Below the pieces are notes generated by a model. It searched no databases. It was not told the origin of the DNA and was given only the letters and a program-made list of their open reading frames with translations. Made by a program: the position numbers and the translations under genes. From Pseudobdellovibrionaceae bacterium (lineage in GTDB: Bacteria > Bdellovibrionota > Bdellovibrionia > Bdellovibrionales > Bdellovibrionaceae), in contig JBGGMM010000089.1 of assembly GCA_041288045.1 (NCBI GenBank), positions 1 through 30,167 on the forward strand: a DNA stretch of 30,167 bases, written 5' to 3'. Of this stretch, positions 1-8,659 are shown piece by piece (position 1 is the first letter of the stretch; each line of letters opens with the position of its first letter).

Positions 1-141
1 ACGATCAATGGAAGCACTTTTGTTCTGCTTGGAAGATATTCTTTCAATGTGGGAACAGCGGGATATGTGAAGATCAGTCAGTTGAGCACAACAAATTTGG
101 TGGCGGTCATTGATGCCATTCGATTGGTGCCTGTTCCTTAA
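1..141 (+). CDS. 3' end (partial) of a protein ending in a golvesin C-terminal / xanthan-lyase CBD-like beta-sandwich domain
   Basis: Frame 1 is open from base 1 to TAA 139-141: TINGSTFVLLGRYSFNVGTAGYVKISQLSTTNLVAVIDAIRLVPVP*. This fits the NGxxWVxLGxYxFxxGxxGYVxIS...VxADAVR pattern of that domain, and a terminator follows. Too short for the ORF track. Confidence 0.75.
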   Translation, partial: TINGSTFVLLGRYSFNVGTAGYVKISQLSTTNLVAVIDAIRLVPVP

Positions 142-170
142 TTAATCATTGACCGCTTATTGAGTTCAAA

Positions 171-209
171 AAACAAAACTCCTCTGAGAAATCAGAGGAG
201 TTTTTGTTT
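171..209. terminator. Bidirectional intrinsic terminator
   Basis: AAACAAAACTCCTCTGA-gaaa-TCAGAGGAGTTTTTGTTT: perfect stem AAAACTCCTCTGA/TCAGAGGAGTTTT, 4-nt loop, A-tract before and T-tract after, between convergent genes. Confidence 0.9.
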
Positions 210-485
210 AAAGTCCTATTTGTATTTCTGATGGCTTATTCGCCACAACCCAATAAAGAGTGTTTTGAGCTGTTATAGTCTCTTCTCATCAACTATTTGG
301 TCATAGACCTCACGGGAACTGGCACAGAGTCCGTCTTTTCCAGAAACGACACCGGTACCAACCTCTGGAATCAATTTTCCAGGCCGCCTTGCAGTGACTC
401 CTTGCCAATAAGAAGTGATCTCAAAAGGCTGTAAGAATGACGCTGCGGGTGAAGGAAAAAGAGAAAGGCACCCTCTACGCTCTAA

Positions 486-953
486 CTATCTGTTCAGAAA
501 TTTGAAGAATGTGCTGGGGACGATGTCCATTTCCATGAGGTTGCCAGCGCTGTCTTTGACTTCGGGCTCGATCAGTTTGTCTTCGAGAAACTGGTGGCCT
601 TTTTTAAAGAGAATATTTTGGGTCTCATCTGTTTCTTGAGAGTAGTAGGGAACATAAAAAGAAATCAATTCGCCATTCTTAGGTAAAAAATCAATCATGA
701 TGTTGATGAGGTAAACCACAGTGGAAGGGCAATGATGAAGCTGAATGCAGATGCCGTCTTTGTTCGAAAATGGCTTCAGCCAATTGATCCAATCTTTGAT
801 CCCATAACTGTTGAAATTGACGTTCTCACTCAAGTAAATTTCTAAAAATTGAATCGAGTTGGGATCAGGCAATGGCGGAAGCGCTTGCCCACCATGTACT
901 GGCCAATCAATATCCACTGTAAATGTTTTGGATTTGTTTAAATTCATCATCAA
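486..953 (-). CDS. Hypothetical protein, STAS/anti-sigma-antagonist-like family seen in Bdellovibrio and myxobacteria
   Basis: 155 aa with NSYGIKDWINW...HCPSTVVYLINIMIDFLP...SFYVPYY...MEMD...FFKFL, resembling the NSxGIRxW...CPxxIVxQINM...FLP...SFYVPYYC pattern. Start uncertain (TTG 953, or ATG 950/947). Confidence 0.65.
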   Translation of the reverse strand: MMMNLNKSKTFTVDIDWPVHGGQALPPLPDPNSIQFLEIYLSENVNFNSYGIKDWINWLKPFSNKDGICIQLHHCPSTVVYLINIMIDFLPKNGELISFYVPYYSQETDETQNILFKKGHQFLEDKLIEPEVKDSAGNLMEMDIVPSTFFKFLNR

Positions 954-1188
954 TAGACCGTTTTAGTATCTTTTCACACCCAACAGAGGTCAGCAATTCT
1001 TCGTTCGAGAACTGGACTGAGGATGGACATGGATGGGGAGGAATCCATGTTGGATTGGGTTGTCGGTTTGCATTCCGGGAATTGGGACTCAAGCGATGTG
1101 GCGAGTGTGAGTTCATTCGTAAGGTTAAGTTAACGTTAATCGCATAGACTTTGGCTCATCTTGAGCAGACAGTGCGTATGAGGCGAAA

Positions 1189-1638
1189 ATGGAAGCATCT
1201 CAAAAAAAATCAAAAGTTCTTAAAACCAAGAACAAAACCCCGAAAACAATTTCGGCAAGGCAATCCATTCTCTCGATTGACGACAACCTCGAGATCCTCG
1301 ACCTGCAGAGAATCATTCTCGAATTAGAAGGCTTCGAAGTTTTTACTGCAGAAAGTGGAATGGAAGCACTGGAGATTCTTTCTGAAATTGATGAGCCCAA
1401 TTTGATTCTTCTCGATATGCAGCTTGGCGATATGAATGGGACGCAGTTCCTTGCCATGCTTGAAGAAAAGAAGCCTGAAATTATTGAAATTGTTCCCATT
1501 GTTTTCATGACAGGAATGGACGTAGTTCCCGAAAGCAAAGCTGCAGGATTGATCCGCAAGCCAGCAAATATGGACACTTTCATAAAGGCTGTTCAGCGTT
1601 TTATTGAAATGGGATACCACGAACCTTATAAGCACTAA
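1189..1638 (+). CDS. Single-domain response regulator (CheY-like receiver) with a Lys-rich N-terminal extension
   Basis: ILSIDDN acidic pocket, LILLDMQL phospho-acceptor Asp, FMTG and RKP motifs; GAGG just upstream of the ATG. Confidence 0.92.
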   Translation: MEASQKKSKVLKTKNKTPKTISARQSILSIDDNLEILDLQRIILELEGFEVFTAESGMEALEILSEIDEPNLILLDMQLGDMNGTQFLAMLEEKKPEIIEIVPIVFMTGMDVVPESKAAGLIRKPANMDTFIKAVQRFIEMGYHEPYKH

Positions 1639-1705
1639 GGGCGCGCAGTGGGAGCAGATTCAGACTGTCTCTTGCGTTTCCCCTTAGAGAGCGAGGACTT
1701 ACATT

Positions 1706-4700
1706 TTGAAGCCGGTAAAAAAGCCTCGTGGCAAAAAAATAGCAAAGCCCCGACCCGATACATCCAGTTCGAGTTTCCCGATAGTTGGAATAGGGGCGTC
1801 AGCTGGCGGTCTTGAGGCGTTTATACAAGTTCTCTCGAAGATGCCAATTGATACTGGAATGGCCTTTGTTCTCATGCAACATTTAGACCCCACGCACCCA
1901 AGTCTGTCAGTTGATATTATTTCCAGATCAACACAACTGAAGGTCGAAGAGGTCACGGACGGGATTCGTGTTCAATCCAACCACGTCTACGTCATTCCAC
2001 CAAATTTTAATATGGGCTTCCTTGACGGGGTTCTCAAGCTTTCGCCTCGCGACTCAGCTCCTGGTCAAAATATGCCAATTGATTTTTTCTTACAGTCGCT
2101 TGCGAGGTCCGAAAATCGCAAGGCGATTGGTGTTGTTTTGTCGGGAACAGGTACTGATGGTACGGCGGGTTTGTGGGCGATCAAGGCCGAGGGTGGAATC
2201 ACCTATGCTCAAGATCCAGACTCGGCAAAATACGCAGGAATGCCTCAAAGTGCGATCAAAGCAGGAGTTGTCGATCAGATATTGCGACCCATAGAGATCA
2301 CAAAGGAACTTTCAAGAATTGCAACACATCCATACTTGGTCTTTGAAGAAGCGGGCCTGCATTCTGAAAAGCTGGCTGACGAAATGTTTCCCCAGGAAAT
2401 TCATCAAGAGGCTCTTCAAAAAATTTTTACTTTACTCAAAGCGCGCACAAAGACTGACTTCGCGAACTACAAACAGACGACTATCATGCGCCGTATTCGG
2501 CGGCGAATGATGGTACAAAAAGCAAAGAGCTTGCAGGATTATGCAAAATACCTCCAAGCAAACGAAGACGAAGTTCAGGCTCTCTATAATGATATCCTCA
2601 TCAACGTCACCAATTTTTTTCGTGATCCTGAATCCTATAAAGCGCTAGCGGATCTTGTCTTCCCATCTCTTTTAAAGAACAAGCCTGCAGGGTCACCCAT
2701 TCGAATCTGGGTGCCCGGATGCTCGACAGGAGAGGAAGCGTATTCAATCGCTATTTGCTTAGTTGAGTTTCTAATTCAAGTTGGGAAACAAAATCCAATT
2801 CAGATTTTTGCGACAGATATTAGTGAGCAGGCAGTTCAAAAGGCCCGTATCGGACAATACTCGGAAAGCGTTGTTCAAAATGTCACAAAGGAACGTCTCA
2901 AACGGTTTTTTGATAAAACAGATGGCGGCTATAAAATACATAAAGAGATTCGAGATCTCTGCCTGTTCTCCCGGCACGATGTGACCAACGACCCACCGTT
3001 TGCTAAGCTGGATCTTATTTCCTGTCGCAACGTTTTGATTTATTTTGCTAAAGCCTTACAAAAACGAGTGATTCCGATTTTTCACTATGGGCTTTTACCG
3101 AGCGGATTCTTATGGCTTGGGAGAGCAGAAAATCTAGGGGAGTTTTCAAAACTGTTTAGTTCAGTGGAGAAAACGCACAAGATTTATTCGAAATCAAACG
3201 TACCGACCCCACAGATCTATCTTTCAACTCAACACCTGCGACAGTCGCCAGGAATGAAAACAAATGGGCAAGCCTTTGCCAAGGACGGTCGCGAATTTCA
3301 CAGGGATGCTGACAAGATCATCCTGTCCAAGTTTTCTCCTCCAAGCGTCATCGTCAATTCCGATCTTGAAATTTTGCAGTTTCGTGGTCGGACGGTTCCA
3401 TTTCTTGAGCCTGCAGCTGGTCAGCCCAGCCTGAATCTCCTAAAGATGGTTCGACCTGAACTCTTAGCAAGTCTTCGGACTGCAATTCAATCGGTCAAAA
3501 AGGAAAATAAATCGATTGAGCGGCAAGGACTTCATTTTGAAGTCGACGGTAAATATATAAAAGTTGATATCGAAGTGTTACCCATCAATCCGAAAGGTCC
3601 GTCCAAAGATCACACATTTTTAGTTCTTTTTAAGGAAAATAGGGATTCGGAAAAAACACTGGTAGGAAAGAAATTGAAAGGTAAAAAACGCGGGAGCAAG
3701 CAGATTCAGGATGACAAGGACCAACGCATTTCCGAACTGATGAAAGAACTTTTAGAAACCAAGGAGTATCAGCAGTCTCTTGTTGAGCAGTACGAAGCCA
3801 CTCAAGAAGAGCTGACCTCGGCCAATGAGGAATTGCAGAGCACCAACGAAGAGTTTCAGAGCACTAATGAAGAAATTGAAACTGCCAAAGAAGAGCTTCA
3901 GTCAACCAATGAAGAACTTGTCACCGTCAATGAAGAGCTCGAAGTCAGAAACGCCGATCTGACGACGCTCAGTAGTGACCTGAACAACTTATTGGCCAGC
4001 ATCGAAGTTCCAGTTCTCATCGTAGGAGGTAACCATCGTATCCGGCGTTATTCACCAAAGGCCAAAAGCGCATTCAATCTGATTCCAACGGATATTGGTC
4101 GTCCTATCGGTGATATCAAACCTAAATTCGATTTAGATCTGGATGGCTTGGTGTCTGAGGTCGGCGAAACCCTGACTGCAAAGGAAATCGAGATCCAGGA
4201 TTCGAATGGCAGTTGGTCTCGAGTCCAAATTCGGCCGTATCGGACAGTCGACAATAAAATTGATGGAGCTATCATTGTTTTGACTGATATTGATTTGCTC
4301 AAAAAACGAGAGGGAAAGACGCAGGAGGCCCGCACTCAGGCGGATAAAGCCAATCTTGCGAAAGACATCTTTTTAGCAACTCTTTCACATGAACTCAGAA
4401 CGCCCCTTTCGTCGATTTTGACATGGGCCCAATTGATTTCCCAAGGAAAGGTCGATTTTGAGAAAGCAAAGCAAGGCGCTGCCGTCATCGAGCAGAGCGC
4501 CAAAACTCAAAATCAACTGATCGACGACTTGCTTGATATTTCCAGAATCACTGCAGGAAAGCTCGCCATCGATATGAAATCAACTGACCTCGTCTCGGTC
4601 ACTCGTACAGCGATTGAATCCGTTCGTTCAATGTCCGAAAAGAAATCCATTCAGATCGAGACCGATTTTCCCACTGAGTCGACAATGATTCATGCCGATC

Positions 4701-5500
4701 CCGTTCGGTTACAGCAAATTGTGTGGAATCTTCTCACCAATGCAATCAAGTTTTCACCCAAAAAGAGTGTTATCAATATCGAACTCAAAAAAAATGAGAA
4801 ACAAAACAAAAGTTTTGCCCAGATCAAGGTTTCTGATCAGGGTAAAGGAATTCCTCCTGAATTTCTTCCGCATATTTTTAAACAGTTTAGTCAGGCTGAC
4901 AGTACGTCCACCAGAACACATGGTGGACTTGGTCTTGGGCTTTCAATTGTCCACAGTCTAGTTGAATTGCAAAATGGAACCATTCGTGCTGAAAATGCGA
5001 GTGACGGAAAAGGGGCGATTTTCACAGTTATTTTTCCTCTCATATCCCCGCAACCTAGGGTCACTCGGTCAGAGTCAAGTGTTGAAGCAAAAACCAAGGA
5101 CCACCCACCCAAGCTGGATGGATCGCGGATACTCCTTGTCGACGACAATGAAAGCGCGCGAGAGGCGATAAGTCTCTATCTCAAGGCTTTTGGTGCCGAG
5201 GTCATGCCTGTTGGATCAGTTGCCGAAGCACTCGAAATGCTTCTGACTTTTAAACCGACAATTTTGATCAGTGACATCGCAATGCCAGGCGAGGACGGCT
5301 ACAGTCTCATAAGAAAGGTTCGATCTTTGAGTCTTAGTGAAGGAGGTGACATTCCTGCCTTGGCTCTCAGTGCGTGCGCAACAGAGGAAGATGCCAGGTA
5401 TGCCTTAGCTTCAGGCTTTCAAGCACATATCGCAAAGCCGGTCGAGGCCAATGAACTAGGCAGGGCTATTTTGAAATTCTCAGGCAAAAAATCCGATTGA
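1706..5500 (+). CDS. CheB methylesterase / CheR methyltransferase / PAS / histidine kinase / receiver hybrid (CheBR-type)
   Basis: CheB motifs GASAGG, QHL, GTGTDG; CheR motifs NVTNFFRD, WVPGCSTGEEAYS, CRNVLIYF; EELxSxNEELQS coiled coil; PAS-like region; H-box SHELRTPL; N-box NLLTNAIKF; DQGKGI and GGLGLGL; receiver ISDIAMP...KP. TTG start with GAGGA upstream. Confidence 0.95.
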   Translation: MKPVKKPRGKKIAKPRPDTSSSSFPIVGIGASAGGLEAFIQVLSKMPIDTGMAFVLMQHLDPTHPSLSVDIISRSTQLKVEEVTDGIRVQSNHVYVIPPNFNMGFLDGVLKLSPRDSAPGQNMPIDFFLQSLARSENRKAIGVVLSGTGTDGTAGLWAIKAEGGITYAQDPDSAKYAGMPQSAIKAGVVDQILRPIEITKELSRIATHPYLVFEEAGLHSEKLADEMFPQEIHQEALQKIFTLLKARTKTDFANYKQTTIMRRIRRRMMVQKAKSLQDYAKYLQANEDEVQALYNDILINVTNFFRDPESYKALADLVFPSLLKNKPAGSPIRIWVPGCSTGEEAYSIAICLVEFLIQVGKQNPIQIFATDISEQAVQKARIGQYSESVVQNVTKERLKRFFDKTDGGYKIHKEIRDLCLFSRHDVTNDPPFAKLDLISCRNVLIYFAKALQKRVIPIFHYGLLPSGFLWLGRAENLGEFSKLFSSVEKTHKIYSKSNVPTPQIYLSTQHLRQSPGMKTNGQAFAKDGREFHRDADKIILSKFSPPSVIVNSDLEILQFRGRTVPFLEPAAGQPSLNLLKMVRPELLASLRTAIQSVKKENKSIERQGLHFEVDGKYIKVDIEVLPINPKGPSKDHTFLVLFKENRDSEKTLVGKKLKGKKRGSKQIQDDKDQRISELMKELLETKEYQQSLVEQYEATQEELTSANEELQSTNEEFQSTNEEIETAKEELQSTNEELVTVNEELEVRNADLTTLSSDLNNLLASIEVPVLIVGGNHRIRRYSPKAKSAFNLIPTDIGRPIGDIKPKFDLDLDGLVSEVGETLTAKEIEIQDSNGSWSRVQIRPYRTVDNKIDGAIIVLTDIDLLKKREGKTQEARTQADKANLAKDIFLATLSHELRTPLSSILTWAQLISQGKVDFEKAKQGAAVIEQSAKTQNQLIDDLLDISRITAGKLAIDMKSTDLVSVTRTAIESVRSMSEKKSIQIETDFPTESTMIHADPVRLQQIVWNLLTNAIKFSPKKSVINIELKKNEKQNKSFAQIKVSDQGKGIPPEFLPHIFKQFSQADSTSTRTHGGLGLGLSIVHSLVELQNGTIRAENASDGKGAIFTVIFPLISPQPRVTRSESSVEAKTKDHPPKLDGSRILLVDDNESAREAISLYLKAFGAEVMPVGSVAEALEMLLTFKPTILISDIAMPGEDGYSLIRKVRSLSLSEGGDIPALALSACATEEDARYALASGFQAHIAKPVEANELGRAILKFSGKKSD

Positions 5501-5512
5501 ATGAATCAGCTT

Positions 5513-5944
5513 TTATGACTGCTTTCGAGAAACAAGCTCAATCCCATCCTTGGTGATAAGGATCAGCCGTTTCTTGTACAGGCCACCGAGGGCCATTTTG
5601 AATTTCTTTTTGCTCACGCCGAAGAAGTCATAGATTTTTTCGGCAGGAGAGTGGTCATTGATGGGCAGGAATCCATTTTGAATTTGCAGGTACTGAAGGA
5701 TTTTTTGTCCGACCTCTTCGGTTCCAAAATTTCCAAAGGGCTGGAGAATCAAATCAATGCTGCCGTCGTCTCGTACTTTTTTGATATAGCCCGGAAGCTC
5801 TCGGTCAATCCACAGGTCTTCGAAAATTTCGTTATGGTAGAGCAGGCCTTCATCAGTGCCATTTATTTTTGCCACAAAACCGAGGTCGGTTTTACGGAGA
5901 ATGACGAGATCGACTTTTTGGCCAGCTTCGTATTTTTCAGACAT
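5513..5944 (-). CDS. Short CvfB/YitL-family RNA-binding protein (one S1 domain plus winged helix)
   Basis: TDLGF...GLLYHNEIF...GYIKKVRDDGSIDL (S1), then GFLPINDHSPAEKIYDFFGVSKKKFKMALGGLYK (CvfB winged helix); 17 bp downstream of the helicase. Confidence 0.88.
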   Translation of the reverse strand: MSEKYEAGQKVDLVILRKTDLGFVAKINGTDEGLLYHNEIFEDLWIDRELPGYIKKVRDDGSIDLILQPFGNFGTEEVGQKILQYLQIQNGFLPINDHSPAEKIYDFFGVSKKKFKMALGGLYKKRLILITKDGIELVSRKQS

Positions 5945-5961
5945 GCTTTGAATCTGCCCCT

Positions 5962-7194
5962 TTATTTTCTTTTGCGCTTGGGCTTGCGCATTTGAGCTTC
6001 GGCGTTTTCGATGAATTCTTGAAAGTTCAGATTCTCATCCAATGGTTCTGTGATCATCCGATATTCTGATTTGCTGACTGTGAGGATTTCGATTTTCTTT
6101 TTGATCAGCTCTTCGATTTCTACAAGCAAAGGTTTTTCTTCGGGGCTGCAGAAAGAAATGGCGATCCCTTTATTGAACCCTCGGCCTGTGCGGCCAATGC
6201 GGTGAACGTAATTCTCTGGAACTTCTGGAAGGTCATAATTGATCACATGGGTCACGTTGGCCACGTCAATCCCACGGGCGCTGACATCAGTGGCGATGAG
6301 GATTCGGCACTCACCTGAGCGGAATGCTTTCATCACTTCATTGCGATCCAGCTGATCTTTTTCGCCGTGGATGGTGCGGGTTTCAATCCCGACACGGTTC
6401 ATGGCTTTAGCGACTCGCTCAGCCCGCACGCGGGTTCGTACAAAGATAATGAATTTGCCCTCAGGTTCTGACTGCAGAAATTCGGCCAGGAAAAAGCGCT
6501 TGTCATCCATATCGACGAAAACCACCGAATGAGTGACGTTTTTCGAAACCGGATCTTCTGGCGAGATCTGAATGCGAATGGCATTGCTTCGAACTTGGGA
6601 ATAAGCCAGTTTTTTGATTTCAGGATTGATGGTGGCCGAGAAAAACAAAGTCTGATGATTTCTTGGCAGCTCTTTTTTGATGGCTTTCACGTCCTGGATA
6701 AATCCCAGATCCAACATGCGATCCGCTTCATCCAGCACCAGAGTCTCAACAAAGCGAAGATCCAAAAACCCCTGGTCAATCAAATCAAACATCCGTCCCG
6801 GCGTGGCGATCAGAATATCGAGCCCTTCCTGAAGTTTGCCGACCTGAGCATCCTGCTCAACACCACCATAGACTGCAAAGGCCTTCACTTTGGTGTGCTT
6901 AGCCAGCGAGTGAAAAACCTCGCCAATCTGCTGAGCCAATTCGCGGGTGGGCACCATGACCAGGCATTTGATACCCATGGAGCGCTTGCTGCTTTTCTGA
7001 CTGTGAAGGCCATCAATCAAGGGGATCGCAAAGGCCGCCGTTTTCCCAGTCCCTGTCTGCGCAATGGCTAGAACATCTTCGCCTTTTAAAATGGAAGGGA
7101 TGGCTTTGAACTGAATATCCGTCGTGCGAAAAAAACCCAACTGGTGCAGGTTGCGCAAAAGATCTTCAGACAAATGGAACTTCTCAAATTTCAA
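5962..7194 (-). CDS. DEAD-box ATP-dependent RNA helicase (RhlE-like)
   Basis: Q motif (TDIQ), AQTGTGKT, PTRELA, TPGR, DEAD, SAT, SARGID, HRIGRTGR, basic tail. Start moved to TTG 7194 (MKFEKFHL) because GAGG lies about 6 nt upstream; the ORF track gives 7233. Confidence 0.96.
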   Translation of the reverse strand: MKFEKFHLSEDLLRNLHQLGFFRTTDIQFKAIPSILKGEDVLAIAQTGTGKTAAFAIPLIDGLHSQKSSKRSMGIKCLVMVPTRELAQQIGEVFHSLAKHTKVKAFAVYGGVEQDAQVGKLQEGLDILIATPGRMFDLIDQGFLDLRFVETLVLDEADRMLDLGFIQDVKAIKKELPRNHQTLFFSATINPEIKKLAYSQVRSNAIRIQISPEDPVSKNVTHSVVFVDMDDKRFFLAEFLQSEPEGKFIIFVRTRVRAERVAKAMNRVGIETRTIHGEKDQLDRNEVMKAFRSGECRILIATDVSARGIDVANVTHVINYDLPEVPENYVHRIGRTGRGFNKGIAISFCSPEEKPLLVEIEELIKKKIEILTVSKSEYRMITEPLDENLNFQEFIENAEAQMRKPKRKRK

Positions 7195-7373
7195 GGGAAA
7201 CCTCACAGGGAATAGTGCAGGCCCTTGTACCACGAATTTGCCATGGGACCTACAAATGGACCGGTGGTCGGGACTGATTTAAATCGAGGATAGATAAAAT
7301 TTACCCAGAGAAGGCTCGGTGTGCAGTGCGTTTGTTATTTTCTTTGGTCAGGTTTAGGGAAAGACTCATCCCT

Positions 7374-8477
7374 ATGCAAAAACAAATTTCAAAACAAAAG
7401 CCGAAGTTGCCGCCTTTTAAAATCATTCGCGGAGTCAATGCCATTCGGGATGGCCTGATGAAAGCCGCTCAGAAGATGATTCCGCCTCCTGTGGCTCTTT
7501 TGGATTTGGTTTCAAGAATCTGGGTTGCCCAGGCTGTCGGAACCGTGGCTCGCTATGGGATTGCCGATCACATCAATGGACCCACTTCGGTTGAGCAGCT
7601 GGCAAAAAAAGTGGATGTGAATGCGGATGCTCTCTACCGGGTTCTTCGAGCTTTAACGGTGGTTGGAGTTTGTGTTGAGCATCCCGATCAACGCTTCTCA
7701 CTGACAGCCATCGGCAATTGCCTCAAGACAGATCATCCTCAGTCGATGCGCCACATGGTCATTTTTCAGACCGAGCTCAATTGGCCACACTGGGGTCAGA
7801 TCGATCATTGCCTGAAAACGGGAACCAACGCAGTTGAAAAAGTTCGAGGTCTCAAGCCATTTGAATATCTGAGCAAAAATCCTCGAGATGCTGAGATTTT
7901 TGATAAAGCCATGGTCAATGTCTCAGGCTTAGAAGTGGATACGATCCTTGCCGCCTATGATTTCGGTCCCTATCAAACCATCGCCGATATTGGCGGGGGC
8001 TATGGCCCTTTTCTTTCCGCAGTTTTGCATTTGAATCCAAAAGCCAAAGGCATTTTGTTCGATATGCCCCATGTGATCAAAGGCGCCTCGGAATTTCTAA
8101 AAAAAGAAAACCTCTCGGACCGAGTCCGCATTGAGGGCGGTAGTTTCTTTGATTCGATTCCTGAAGGGGCCGATGCCTACATGATGAAACATATCATTCA
8201 TGATTGGTCCGATGAGCACAGTCAAAAAATTCTCAAAAACATTCGGGCGAAAATGAAATCGACGGCAAAATTGCTCTTGATTGAAGCTGTCGTTCCGGGC
8301 CCCAACGAAGTCGATTTTTCAAAATTCCTCGATCTTGAAATGCTCGTCGTCACTGAAGGCGGCAAAGAGCGAACCAAAGCCGAATTCGAAAAGCTCTTTG
8401 CCTCTGCAGGCTTTCAGCTGGAGCGAATTGTCCCGACGATCTCCATGGCTCAGGTGATTGAAGCGCGGCCGGTTTAA
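7374..8477 (+). CDS. Class II SAM-dependent O-methyltransferase (dimerisation domain plus Methyltransf_2)
   Basis: N-terminal HTH-like dimerisation region (ALYRVLRAL), DIGGGYG, LFDMP, GSFFDSIPEGADAYMMKHIIHDW, DLEML, GKERT. ATG 7374 preferred over GTG 7326. Confidence 0.93.
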   Translation: MQKQISKQKPKLPPFKIIRGVNAIRDGLMKAAQKMIPPPVALLDLVSRIWVAQAVGTVARYGIADHINGPTSVEQLAKKVDVNADALYRVLRALTVVGVCVEHPDQRFSLTAIGNCLKTDHPQSMRHMVIFQTELNWPHWGQIDHCLKTGTNAVEKVRGLKPFEYLSKNPRDAEIFDKAMVNVSGLEVDTILAAYDFGPYQTIADIGGGYGPFLSAVLHLNPKAKGILFDMPHVIKGASEFLKKENLSDRVRIEGGSFFDSIPEGADAYMMKHIIHDWSDEHSQKILKNIRAKMKSTAKLLLIEAVVPGPNEVDFSKFLDLEMLVVTEGGKERTKAEFEKLFASAGFQLERIVPTISMAQVIEARPV

Positions 8478-8543
8478 CTGTCGAAGAGAGGCCAAGATCG
8501 ACGACACGCCCCAAAATTTCTGCTTAATAAATAAACATGATTC

Positions 8544-8651
8544 CACCTTGCTTTTCAAATTTGTCGCGCAAGGTGTTGAGAGCTGACGAGCTCGATTGAC
8601 AGGGCTTTTGTATGTCGCACACAATCGAGCAGGTGCTCAACTTTTGAAAAG
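8544..8651 (+). promoter_or_regulatory. Self-complementary leader/promoter region of the glycoside hydrolase operon
   Basis: TTGACA (8596-8601), 18 nt, CACAAT (8620-8625). Nested inverted repeats CTTTTCAAA/TTTGAAAAG, GTTGAG/CTCAAC and GCTCGATTG/CAATCGAGC, with a competing CACCTTGC/GCAAGGTG. Ends at the GAGAGG RBS. Confidence 0.5.
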
Positions 8652-8659
8652 AGAGGCTG

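Noticed and set aside
1125..1139. TTAA-N7-TTAA match to the CtrA box
   Set aside because: CtrA is alphaproteobacterial and this window does not look alphaproteobacterial; an AT-rich match arises easily by chance.
907..1147. Small ORFs 907-1116 (-) and 923-1147 (+)
   Set aside because: No clear RBS or family motif, atypical composition, and they overlap the STAS-like gene start; more likely intergenic.
3790..3950. Short-period repeat (GAAGAG...ACCAAT) in the hybrid kinase
   Set aside because: It is the standard EELxSxNEEL heptad coiled coil of CheBR proteins, not an independent DNA repeat.
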